DNA of 64,000 nucleotides from Gemmatimonadota bacterium (GTDB lineage Bacteria; Gemmatimonadota; Gemmatimonadetes; Gemmatimonadales; GWC2-71-9). The notes under the pieces were generated by a model. The model was not told the DNA's origin and did no database searches. It saw only the letters and a list, made by a program, of their open reading frames with translations. The stretch spans positions 4,387 through 68,386 of the forward strand of contig JAZDCY010000033.1 of assembly GCA_036679645.1 (NCBI GenBank), written 5' to 3'. Numbering within the stretch: position 1 is the stretch's first letter; every line of letters starts with the position of its first letter. Of the stretch, positions 20,455-27,132 are shown piece by piece. Made by a program: the position numbers and the translations under genes.

Positions 20455-20493
20455 CGCTCAGACCTGCAAGATGCATGAAAAAAGTTCGGTCAC
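20455..20493 (+). repeat. 39-nt direct repeat, copy A (CGCTCAGACCTGCAAGATGCATGAAAAAAGTTCGGTCAC)
   Basis: 38/39 identical to 25791-25829. Fills the gap between the convergent higA and PAS genes. Confidence 0.8.
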
Positions 20494-20494
20494 G

Positions 20495-21157
20495 TTACCG
20501 TTCTCGTTCTTGTAGGGGATCGTCCGTCGTGTCCGTATAGTGGGCTGCTTCACATGCAGGACAAATCCCGTGTGAGAACCGCGCCTCAGAGTGCTGACTC
20601 ACGTAGGTCTCAAGTTTCTGCCAGAATCCCTTGTCATTCCTGATGCTCTTGCAGTGCGAACAGATAGGCACGAGGCCCTTCAGCGTCTTGATATTGTCCA
20701 GGGCATGCTGCAGAGCGCGGTTCGCTTGCTCCAACTCCGCTGTTCTCTGCTCTAATCCTACCTCCGCCTTCCTGCGCAGCGTAATATCCTGAACAAGACA
20801 GCTCACGCCGATGATTCTTCCATTACCATCAGCGGTAATAGGGTGATAGTTGTGCATGAAGGTCCGCCGCACGCCTATTTGTGCCGGGGTCTCCGCCTCG
20901 ATCGTTCCCTCGATGATGGATGTGCGCGTCTTCATCACCATGCGCAGTTGAGCCTCGATTCCAGCCGCAACATTGGGAATCACTTCGCCCACCGTTCGTC
21001 CCAGGTGCTTCTCGACAGGCAAACCGTTCAGCCGGGCCAGCCATCGGTTGATGTACAGGTAGCGCAGGTCGGTGTCGAAGTAACAAAGGCCTACCGCCGC
21101 GTCGTCATAGGCGCAACGAAGGATCGCCTCGGAAGGGCGCTTCGCGGGCTCGCTCAT
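20495..21157 (-). CDS. PAS domain protein with a C-terminal Cys/His-rich LVPICSHCKSIRNDKGFW...FSHGICPAC module
   Basis: 220 aa: N-terminal PAS fold, a coiled-coil linker, then the conserved Cys-rich tail seen in many PAS sensor proteins. Confidence 0.75.
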   Translation of the reverse strand: MSEPAKRPSEAILRCAYDDAAVGLCYFDTDLRYLYINRWLARLNGLPVEKHLGRTVGEVIPNVAAGIEAQLRMVMKTRTSIIEGTIEAETPAQIGVRRTFMHNYHPITADGNGRIIGVSCLVQDITLRRKAEVGLEQRTAELEQANRALQHALDNIKTLKGLVPICSHCKSIRNDKGFWQKLETYVSQHSEARFSHGICPACEAAHYTDTTDDPLQERER

Positions 21158-21270
21158 ACGTCTTCACTCCTAGCAACGTGTCAATAGGGATTTGCTTTCC
21201 CCGGCTGGCCAAGCGCTTCAAAGATAGCATGCCGCCAGTTTGACGTGATCCTGCGGGTGTGGAAGTGGAA

Positions 21271-21693
21271 CTACGACTGCTCCCCGAACGCCGCGATTTC
21301 TTGGGCGTACGCCGAATCGAACTCCAGAGCCTCAACTAGTCGCGAAAGCTCGTTCGCGTAGGCTGGATTCGCCCCGGTTAGGCCCAATTCGCGAGGCAGG
21401 TTGTAACAGTACGCCTCGACAACCTGGTTGCTTGCCAACAGCGCCACCTGGACGCGCTCTCGTTTGTACGCGCGAACACTCGGTTCCGAGTAGAGCGCAT
21501 GAGCTTCTTGCTCCGAGAGCTCCATCACGATTCCATAGGCCCGACTCGAAGCGGACGGCAACAATGTCGCTCGCTCGCCGATGTGGATTCGGTAGTCGGA
21601 AAGCACCGCTGGCCCAATAGTTTCAGGGTGAAAACCCTTCTCGGCGAGAAGAGTCCGATCCATGAAGAGGCCGTAAAAGAAAATCTTGCTCAT
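21271..21693 (-). CDS. Gamma-glutamylcyclotransferase / AIG2-like family protein
   Basis: MSKIFFYGLFMDRTLLAEKGF... carries the YGxL/F motif of the GGCT fold. 140 aa. Confidence 0.75.
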   Translation of the reverse strand: MSKIFFYGLFMDRTLLAEKGFHPETIGPAVLSDYRIHIGERATLLPSASSRAYGIVMELSEQEAHALYSEPSVRAYKRERVQVALLASNQVVEAYCYNLPRELGLTGANPAYANELSRLVEALEFDSAYAQEIAAFGEQS

Positions 21694-21716
21694 AGGTGTC
21701 GAGCTGTCCGCCTAAC

Positions 21717-21950
21717 TAGTAATTGGACTGCATATGTCCATATGCACCCCACTCGCGAGAAGGCGCTGGGGCGAGGGGACTTCGTTACTAACCGCACTCC
21801 TGGTACTGGGAAGCCCCTGAACACGCGATCTCGGTCCAATCTCGCAGTGAGCGGTATCTTCTAAGGCGAGCCGCGCGATGACGGGGCACAACCCAACGAC
21901 TTCCTTACCGCACGTTAGTGCCCGCCAACTGCAAGCGCGTGTTTGGCGCC
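21717..21950 (+). repeat. Island repeat, full copy 1 (core 21717-21868 plus right-hand hairpin extension)
   Basis: Runs TCCGCCTAACTAGTAATTGGACTGCAT ... GAACACGCGATCTCGGTCCAATCTCGCAGTGAGCGGTATCTTCTAAGGCG, then GGCACAACCCAACGACTTCC...GCCCGCCAACTGCAAGCGCG...TTGGCG (hairpin). On the minus strand GTTAGGCGG lies 22 nt upstream of the GGCT ATG. Confidence 0.8.
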
Positions 21951-21952
21951 CG

Positions 21953-22186
21953 CTAGAACTCCCGCTTCTTCATTTCTGAGAAGAAGCTTTGCCGTTCTGT
22001 ATCCTCGTCCGTGTCCAGAGGCAAAGTGTCGTCGTGCCGACGCCGCGCCTTTCCTTTCGACTTGGCAGCCTTCGCAGCGTTCTTTCTCACCAAAGCGGCC
22101 AACTTCTTATCATCGCTGGTTGACATCGTTGCCACTCCAAACAGTCTCGAGGTGGATCCGTCTGCGGTGTGCGGTGCTCCCAACAT
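21953..22186 (-). CDS. Small Lys/Asp-rich hypothetical protein
   Basis: 77 aa ORF. The likely real start is MSTSDDKK at 22126 (57 aa). No family recognised. Confidence 0.4.
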   Translation of the reverse strand: MLGAPHTADGSTSRLFGVATMSTSDDKKLAALVRKNAAKAAKSKGKARRRHDDTLPLDTDEDTERQSFFSEMKKREF

Positions 22187-22330
22187 CCCTACGTATCATT
22201 TGCGGGCGACGTGCCCGTGAGCAACTTGCGTAGACTGAACGTGCACAATCCTCCAAAGCTCACTACTCAACGACCTCCTTACGCCACGGACGCGCCCGCC
22301 AGTCTGCAAGCACTTAACTTGGCGGGCCGC

Positions 22331-22504
22331 TCACTGGTAGCGGATCGCATAGTAGATGACGTAGACCCACGACAAGAAACCATGGATTATCGCCCACAGA
22401 ATTGACTTGTTGGCACTCCACGAGATGGCAATGGCCAGCGCTGCGCCGAAGCCGATGCCTGCCTTGGCGGCGTCCTTGGAGCCACTCCCCTTCTTTTCGC
22501 TCAT
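22331..22504 (-). CDS. Small (57 aa) two-TM membrane protein, below the ORF-track cutoff
   Basis: Own translation: MSEKKGSGSKDAAKAGIGFGAALAIAISWSANKSILWAIIHGFLSWVYVIYYAIRYQ. ATG at 22504, stop TGA at 22331-22333. Confidence 0.6.
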   Translation of the reverse strand: MSEKKGSGSKDAAKAGIGFGAALAIAISWSANKSILWAIIHGFLSWVYVIYYAIRYQ

Positions 22505-22523
22505 CCGGTACCCCCTGAGGCGG

Positions 22524-22695
22524 TCCGCCTAACTTGTAATTGGACTGCATACCTCCATAATGCTACATCGCGCTCGCGACATAGCGAACGCGCTGGGCGG
22601 GAGTAGCCTTCCTTACCACCGCACTCCGGCTATAGGGAACCCCTGAACGCGCGATCTCGGTCCAATCTCGCAGGGAGCGGTACCTTCTAAAGGCG
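22524..22695 (+). repeat. Island repeat, full copy 2
   Basis: Runs TCCGCCTAACTTGTAATTGGACTGCAT...GCTACATCGCGCTCGCGACATAGCGAACGCGCTGGGCG...GAACGCGCGATCTCGGTCCAATCTCGCAGGGAGCGGTACCTTCTAAAGGCG. On the minus strand GTTAGGCGG lies 24 nt upstream of the ATG at 22504. Confidence 0.8.
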
Positions 22696-22803
22696 AGCCG
22701 TGCATCAGTAGTCGGCGTTGCTGTACTGCAGAAGGGCCGCACAACAATGCGACTGGTGGTCAGTGTAGGATGAGCCGTACCTCTTTGAACCAGAGGGAGT
22801 CCG

Positions 22804-23010
22804 ATGGACGCTGACAAGAAAGCCAAGATCGCCCGGGTACTTGGCTACATCTTGCTGGCGGTCGGCGTGCTGAATCTCACGCTTGCCGGTGTGCAATTGG
22901 CCCGGGATCGGACCCAGGAGGGGTCACTTTTCGTGACTGGTTTCGTGGCCCTCGGGATGGGCATCATCATGGTTTCCCGAGGGAGGCAGAAGCCCACGCC
23001 CCGAGCTTAG
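22804..23010 (+). CDS. Small two-TM membrane protein, hypothetical
   Basis: 68 aa, MDADKKAKIARVLGYILLAVGVLNLTLAG...FVALGMGIIMV. Confidence 0.5.
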   Translation: MDADKKAKIARVLGYILLAVGVLNLTLAGVQLARDRTQEGSLFVTGFVALGMGIIMVSRGRQKPTPRA

Positions 23011-23029
23011 CGACGTGGTTGGCGTAGGG

Positions 23030-23208
23030 ATGAGATCAATGCAACGCGATGCTACCGCACTCCGAATATTGGCAAGGTTATGCACGCGCGATCTCGGTCC
23101 AATCTCGCAGTGAGCGGCATGTTCTAAGGCGGAACGAGCGGCGGGGCGCCGTGCCGCCCAAGCACACAACGCAACAGCTTCCCCACACGAACACGTCTGT
23201 CGTTGTGG
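23030..23208 (+). repeat. Island repeat, partial copy (right half plus right extension)
   Basis: Runs GAGATCAATGCAACGCGATGCTACCGCACT...CGCGCGATCTCGGTCCAATCTCGCAGTGAGCGGCATGTTCTAAGGCGGAACGAGCG...GCACACAACGCAACAGCTTCCCC. Confidence 0.7.
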
Positions 23209-23222
23209 ATCCCCCGATCGTC

Positions 23223-23290
23223 TTATTGATCCACGGGCACGGGAGTCGGAGCATCGCTGGAAAAGCTGACCGAGGCGATGAACCACTCGC
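23223..23290 (-). pseudogene. Remnant: duplicated 3' end of a SnoaL-like gene
   Basis: TTATTGATCCACGGGCACGGGAGTCGGAGCATCGCTGGAAAAGCTGACCGAGGCGATGAACCACTCGC is near-identical to 19128-19195. It encodes ...EWFIASVSFSSDAPTPVPVDQ plus the stop and has no upstream body. Confidence 0.7.
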
Positions 23291-23293
23291 GGG

Positions 23294-23447
23294 GCCCTGC
23301 GCGCGGTGTATCACGGTAGTGCGCACCGGACCGTGCTCAAGGAGTTTACCCGCGCCTACCAGAGTCTGGTCGAGGACTCCACGCGTGTGATGCTCCGGCT
23401 CAAAGCATTGCTCCGCGCCCGGGGGATCAAGACGCCCGGTACCGAGC
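23294..23447 (+). pseudogene. Internal fragment resembling an IS110-family (DEDD) transposase
   Basis: Own translation: ALRAVYHGSAHRTVLKEFTRAYQSLVEDSTRVMLRLKALLRARGIKTPGTERL. This resembles the helical linker region of IS110-like transposases. No start and no catalytic domain are present. Confidence 0.45.
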
Positions 23448-23486
23448 GCTTGCTAGGTGGCACCACAGTGTATTACATTGTATGAC

Positions 23487-23708
23487 ATGAAATCTACAGT
23501 ACTGACCATTCGCCTTGATCGCGATCTCGAGCGCCAACTCCGACGCATCGCCCGTCGGACCGGCCGTAGCCGTAGCGACATCGTTCGAGAGGCGCTCCGA
23601 CGCCAGCTCGCGCTGGCGCAGTTCGAGGACATCCGCCGCCGCATCATGCCGCTCGCTGAGGCTCGCGGATACCTCACCGATGAAGACGTCTTCCGCGATG
23701 TCTCTTGA
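23487..23708 (+). CDS. Ribbon-helix-helix (CopG/VapB-like) antitoxin
   Basis: MKSTVLTIRLDRDLERQLRRIARRTGRSRSDIVREALRRQL is an RHH signature. Overlaps the PIN gene by 4 nt. Confidence 0.75.
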   Translation: MKSTVLTIRLDRDLERQLRRIARRTGRSRSDIVREALRRQLALAQFEDIRRRIMPLAEARGYLTDEDVFRDVS

Positions 23709-24106
23709 GGGTGGCCCTCGACACGAACATCCTCGTCGCCGCCGTGGCGACCCGCGGCCTCTGCGCCGACCTTCTTCGTGTCGTCCTCGCGGAGCATCAA
23801 CTGATTCTCGGCCAAACAGTGCAGCGCGAGCTGCGCCGTGTTCTCCGATCGAAGCTCCGACTTGCTCCAGAAGTCATCACCGAATACGACGCATTCCTTG
23901 CGCGGCACGCAGTGCTTGCGGCGGCCACGGAGCCGGCCCCGATCTCCGTTCGAGATGCCTCCGACGAGCGCGTACTTGCGGAGGCCCTGGCAGGTGAGGC
24001 AGACGTTCTCGTAACCGGAGATCAAGATCTTCTCAGCGTCGCGAGCGAGTCTCCGATACTGATTGTCGATCCGCGGGGGCTGTGGGAATCGCTGCGCGGG
24101 AGATGA
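23705..24106 (+). CDS. PIN domain toxin (VapC-like)
   Basis: VALDTNILVAA...DERVLAEALAGEADVLVTGDQDLL carries the PIN acidic residues. TTG/GTG start at 23705/23711. Confidence 0.8.
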   Translation: MRVALDTNILVAAVATRGLCADLLRVVLAEHQLILGQTVQRELRRVLRSKLRLAPEVITEYDAFLARHAVLAAATEPAPISVRDASDERVLAEALAGEADVLVTGDQDLLSVASESPILIVDPRGLWESLRGR

Positions 24107-24128
24107 CCAGGGACACGCATCCGGCGGT

Positions 24129-24303
24129 GCCACCTAGCTTGTAGTTGGACTGACCACCATATCGCCAGATGCTACACCCCGCTCGCGACATAGCAAACGC
24201 GCGGGGCGAGGGGAACTTCGATGCCACCGCACTCCGGATATCGGGAAGCCCTGAACGCGCGATCTCGGTCCAATCTCGCAGTGAGCGCTACCTTCTAAGG
24301 CGG
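24129..24303 (+). repeat. Island repeat, full copy 3
   Basis: Runs GCCACCTAGCTTGTAGTTGGACTGACC...GCTACACCCCGCTCGCGACATAGCAAACGCGCGGGGCG...GAACGCGCGATCTCGGTCCAATCTCGCAGTGAGCGCTACCTTCTAAGGCGG, followed by the palindrome GCGCCTAAAGGCGC. Confidence 0.8.
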
Positions 24304-24382
24304 AACGAGCGCCTAAAGGCGCGTGCGGTGGGTGGCGTTTTGGTGGGAACACGAAGCCAGATCCCTCTTTCCAGAGGCACAG

Positions 24383-25291
24383 ATGGCTGTACCGGATTTC
24401 CAGAGCTGGTTCTTACCTCTCCTGAAGCGGGTAGCCGACGGAGAGAGTCACCGCCTGTCAGACCTCTACGAGGAGTTGGCGCAGGATCTTGACCTCTCGG
24501 ACGAGGACCGCGCGGAAGAGTTGCCAAGCGGCAAGCAACTCACGTATCGCAACCGCATCGGTTGGGCCCGTACGTATCTGAAGAAGGCAGGGCTTCTTGA
24601 GTCGCCAGCCCGAGGCGAATGCAGAATAACAAAACGTGGAATCGAGGTTCTAGCACAGGACTTGGAGCGTGTGGATGTCAAATTCCTAAAGCAGTTTCCT
24701 GAGTTCGAGAAGTTCCACACCTATAAGCCTTCCGGCCCAGGTGAGGGGGGTCCGGACGGAGAGGTCGTCAGCGCCACGCCAGAAGAACTTCTCGAGCAGT
24801 CGCACGGGGCCCTCAAAGACAACGTCACGCAAGAGCTTTTGGAGCGCGTGAAGGCAGCACCCCCATCGTTCTTTGAGTCCCTAGTAGTGGATCTCCTTCT
24901 ACGCATGGGTTACGGCGGTTCACGCGAGGATGCCGGCAAGATCGTCGGCCGCTCCGGTGACGGTGGCGTCGATGGAGTGATCAACGAGGATCGACTTGGT
25001 CTTGATGTGGTATACATCCAAGCGAAGCGGTGGGAAAACACGGTTGGCCGACCGGTGGTTCAGGCCTTTGCCGGTAGCTTGGAAGGAGTCCGAGCACGCA
25101 AGGGCGTACTCATTACAACGTCGGATTTCTCTTCTGAAGCGCGCCAGTACGTTTCCCAGATCGAAAAGCGCATCGTCCTGGTAACTGGCCAGCAGCTCGC
25201 GAACCTCATGTTCGAGCACAACATTGGCGTAAGCTCCGTTGCCTCGTATGAAGTGAAGAAGGTCGACACCGACTTCTTCGAGGAGGCGTAG
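24383..25291 (+). CDS. mrr: Mrr family restriction endonuclease (Mrr_N winged helix plus Mrr catalytic domain)
   Basis: Start MAVPDFQSWFLPLLKRVADG... C-terminal ...GDGGVDGVINEDRLGLDVVYIQAKRW...VLITTSDFS is typical of the Mrr catalytic domain. Confidence 0.85.
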   Translation: MAVPDFQSWFLPLLKRVADGESHRLSDLYEELAQDLDLSDEDRAEELPSGKQLTYRNRIGWARTYLKKAGLLESPARGECRITKRGIEVLAQDLERVDVKFLKQFPEFEKFHTYKPSGPGEGGPDGEVVSATPEELLEQSHGALKDNVTQELLERVKAAPPSFFESLVVDLLLRMGYGGSREDAGKIVGRSGDGGVDGVINEDRLGLDVVYIQAKRWENTVGRPVVQAFAGSLEGVRARKGVLITTSDFSSEARQYVSQIEKRIVLVTGQQLANLMFEHNIGVSSVASYEVKKVDTDFFEEA

Positions 25292-25346
25292 GCCTTCGCA
25301 CGACCCGCGCTAGGAGCTGCCGGGGGCTACGGGAGGGCACGTACCG

Positions 25347-25790
25347 TTGGGAACGACCAGCCGCATCAGAGCAACGGTTCGGGGCTGGCAGCCCGGTCAG
25401 TTCGCGATCGTTTGTCTTATCGCAATGGTGACCGAGGGTGGCCTCTACTGGGGCTATCGGGAGCTCGACGCTAGAGTCGACAGGATTGACAGATCCTGGG
25501 AACACTTGTTCGAGCTCCAGCAGCAGCGACTGCGAGATGGCTGTACATCCAGAACGGTGTCTTCGATTCCGCACAGGCGGCCACAGACTTCTTTGTCTCG
25601 GTAGTCGGCTCGACGGCAGGCAAGCAAGATGCTCGGGCGGTACGCGATCTGGGGCATGGCATTATCACACCGGTCATGGTGCTCGTGTTTGTCGGGATGC
25701 TTGTTGTGTCGTGGCAGTGGTTTGGCCGAGGGTCGCCAGGGGCAACAGCACACAAGCCTGGGCCGCCATCGACCGGAGCAGCCTAGCACA
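25347..25790 (+). pseudogene. Possible frameshifted hypothetical membrane protein
   Basis: ORF 25347..25604 (…FAIVCLIAMVTEGGLYWGYRELDARV…) appears to continue in another frame (…GIITPVMVLVFVGMLVVSWQWF…). Weak call with no family. Confidence 0.3.
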
Positions 25791-25829
25791 CGCTCAGACC
25801 CGCAAGATGCATGAAAAAAGTTCGGTCAC
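25791..25829 (+). repeat. 39-nt direct repeat, copy B (CGCTCAGACCCGCAAGATGCATGAAAAAAGTTCGGTCAC)
   Basis: 38/39 identical to 20455-20493. Both copies are preceded by a GCCTA(A/G)C-type motif. Confidence 0.8.
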
Positions 25830-25887
25830 CAAACCCAGGGAGTAGCCCCGAGAAACAGACCAAGCTAACCACTTGGCTCTCTTATAG

Positions 25888-25905
25888 TTGCCCCGCCTGG
25901 GATCG
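25888..25905 (-). repeat. 18-nt duplicate of the 3' end of tRNA-Gln (att-like scar)
   Basis: TTGCCCCGCCTGGGATCG at 25888-25905 is identical to 25982-25999 (T-arm, acceptor and 3' end of the tRNA). Confidence 0.7.
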
Positions 25906-25981
25906 CAGCCGCAGCGTCAGCAAGGCCGAGCCCCGGTGGGGCAAACGCAAAACGGCGCGGCTACCGCCGCGCCGTTTGCGA

Positions 25982-26054
25982 TTGCCCCGCCTGGGATCGA
26001 ACCAGGACTCTTCTGATCCAGAGTCAGACGTGTTGCCAGTTACACCACGGGGCA
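25982..26054 (-). tRNA. tRNA-Gln (anticodon CUG)
   Basis: Hand-folded cloverleaf: acceptor UGCCCCG/CGGGGCA (U1-A72), anticodon loop CUCUGGA, T-loop UUCGAUC. CCA is not encoded. Confidence 0.9.
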
Positions 26055-26055
26055 G

Positions 26056-26128
26056 TGGAGCTGAGGGGGCTCGAACCCCTGACCTCCTGGGTGCGATCCA
26101 GGCGCTCTCCCAACTGAGCTACAGCCCC
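26056..26128 (-). tRNA. tRNA-Ala (anticodon CGC)
   Basis: Acceptor GGGGCUG/CAGCUCC with G3-U70, A73, anticodon loop AUCGCAC, T-loop UUCGAGC. CCA is not encoded. One nucleotide separates it from tRNA-Gln. Confidence 0.9.
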
Positions 26129-26136
26129 TAAAAGCT

Positions 26137-26168
26137 AGACGCACAGACGCTCAGACGCGCAGACACGG
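26137..26168. repeat. Degenerate tandem octamer (AGACGCNC) x4
   Basis: Reads agacgcac agacgctc agacgcgc agacacgg, directly upstream (minus-strand sense) of the tRNA pair. Same word as the 27.5 kb array. Confidence 0.5.
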
Positions 26169-26323
26169 AACCCCGCCAAAGTGTCGGCGGGGCCGGTGGA
26201 AGTCAAAGCTAGAAAGGCAGTTGTGGGGGGTCAAGGCTGGTGGGAGGACCCACTTGCCAACGGGGATGGAACACCTCGGCATTCCATGCGTTATTCAAGG
26301 CACCCCATGATTCCGGAGATTCC

Positions 26324-27037
26324 ATGACGCGTACTCCCCGTCGAGGTCGGTCGGCCCTCGCCGCTCCTCTTCTCCTGGCGGGACTGGCCTGCGGAGACGA
26401 CAGCGGCTCGAACCCGCAGCCCAATGCCTCCCCCAACACCACGCCAGCCGCCCTCACCATCGTGAGCGGCAACAACCAAACGGGCACCGTTGGCCAATCA
26501 CTAAGCAGCGCCCTCGTCGTAAGCGTGAAGGATTCCGAAGGGGCGGCGTTGTCAGGCGTCAGTGTAGCATGGTCGGCCGTTACGGGTGGTGGTATGGCCA
26601 CCTCACCGACGACCAACACCAACGCGCAGGGAGAGGCCGCCACGACCTACACGCTCGGCGCCGTGGTTGGCGCCAACGAAGCGCGGGCCGCCGTCGCGGA
26701 CATGACGAATCTCAATGCGACCTTCACCGCTACCGGTGCCGCCGCACCGCCACCCCCACCCCCACCACCACCGCCGCCCCCGCCGTCGGCCAACGTCTCC
26801 ATCGAGGACAACTTCTACATGTCCAGCAACGTCACGGTCAGTAGTGGGCAAAGCGTCGCCTGGAACTGGAACGGCATGAACGCCCACAGCGTCACCTTCG
26901 ACGCGCCCATGAACGACGATTCGGGTGTCCAGAGCGCCGGGATGTTCACGGTGCAGTTCAGTAACCCGGGTACGTTCACCTACTTCTGCACCGTGCACGG
27001 GCGCGCCATCATGTCGGGCCAGGTGGTGGTGAACTAG
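26324..27037 (+). CDS. Lipoprotein: Ig-like (Big_1-type) domain, poly-Pro linker and type-1 copper cupredoxin domain
   Basis: Start MTRTPRRGRSALAAPLLLAGLACGDD (lipobox), 13 consecutive Pro residues, and C-terminal ...HSVTF...FTYFCTVHGRAIMSGQVVVN (His, Cys, His, Met ligands). Confidence 0.75.
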   Translation: MTRTPRRGRSALAAPLLLAGLACGDDSGSNPQPNASPNTTPAALTIVSGNNQTGTVGQSLSSALVVSVKDSEGAALSGVSVAWSAVTGGGMATSPTTNTNAQGEAATTYTLGAVVGANEARAAVADMTNLNATFTATGAAAPPPPPPPPPPPPPSANVSIEDNFYMSSNVTVSSGQSVAWNWNGMNAHSVTFDAPMNDDSGVQSAGMFTVQFSNPGTFTYFCTVHGRAIMSGQVVVN

Positions 27038-27132
27038 CGTGCGGCAAGACGGCGTGGACTGGCTGACGCCCAAGGGTAGGCGAGCGCGCTTGTCGGCATT
27101 AGCTTCGTGGCTACCAGACCGGAGATCGATCC

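Noticed and set aside
21717-21868. Canonical integron attC site
   Set aside because: The termini match RYYYAAC/GTTRRRY, but the putative R''-L'' and L'-R' arms are separated asymmetrically (about 24 nt against about 8 nt). The element is longer than typical attC sites, and no intI is in the window. It is kept only as an attC-like hypothesis in the findings.
24169-24492. 107-aa ORF starting inside island repeat copy 3, with similar peptides (RAISVQSRSER...) from 23049..23390
   Set aside because: The shared peptide simply reflects translation of the repeated DNA. The copies differ by indels that break the frame, so the repeat is treated as non-coding.
25811-26131. 106-aa ORF on the plus strand
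   Set aside because: It runs straight across the tRNA-Gln and tRNA-Ala genes and the tRNA 3'-end duplicate, so it is not coding.
26746-26790. C/A-rich low-complexity DNA repeat
   Set aside because: It is in frame inside the cupredoxin lipoprotein gene and encodes a 13-residue poly-proline linker, so it is not an independent repeat element.
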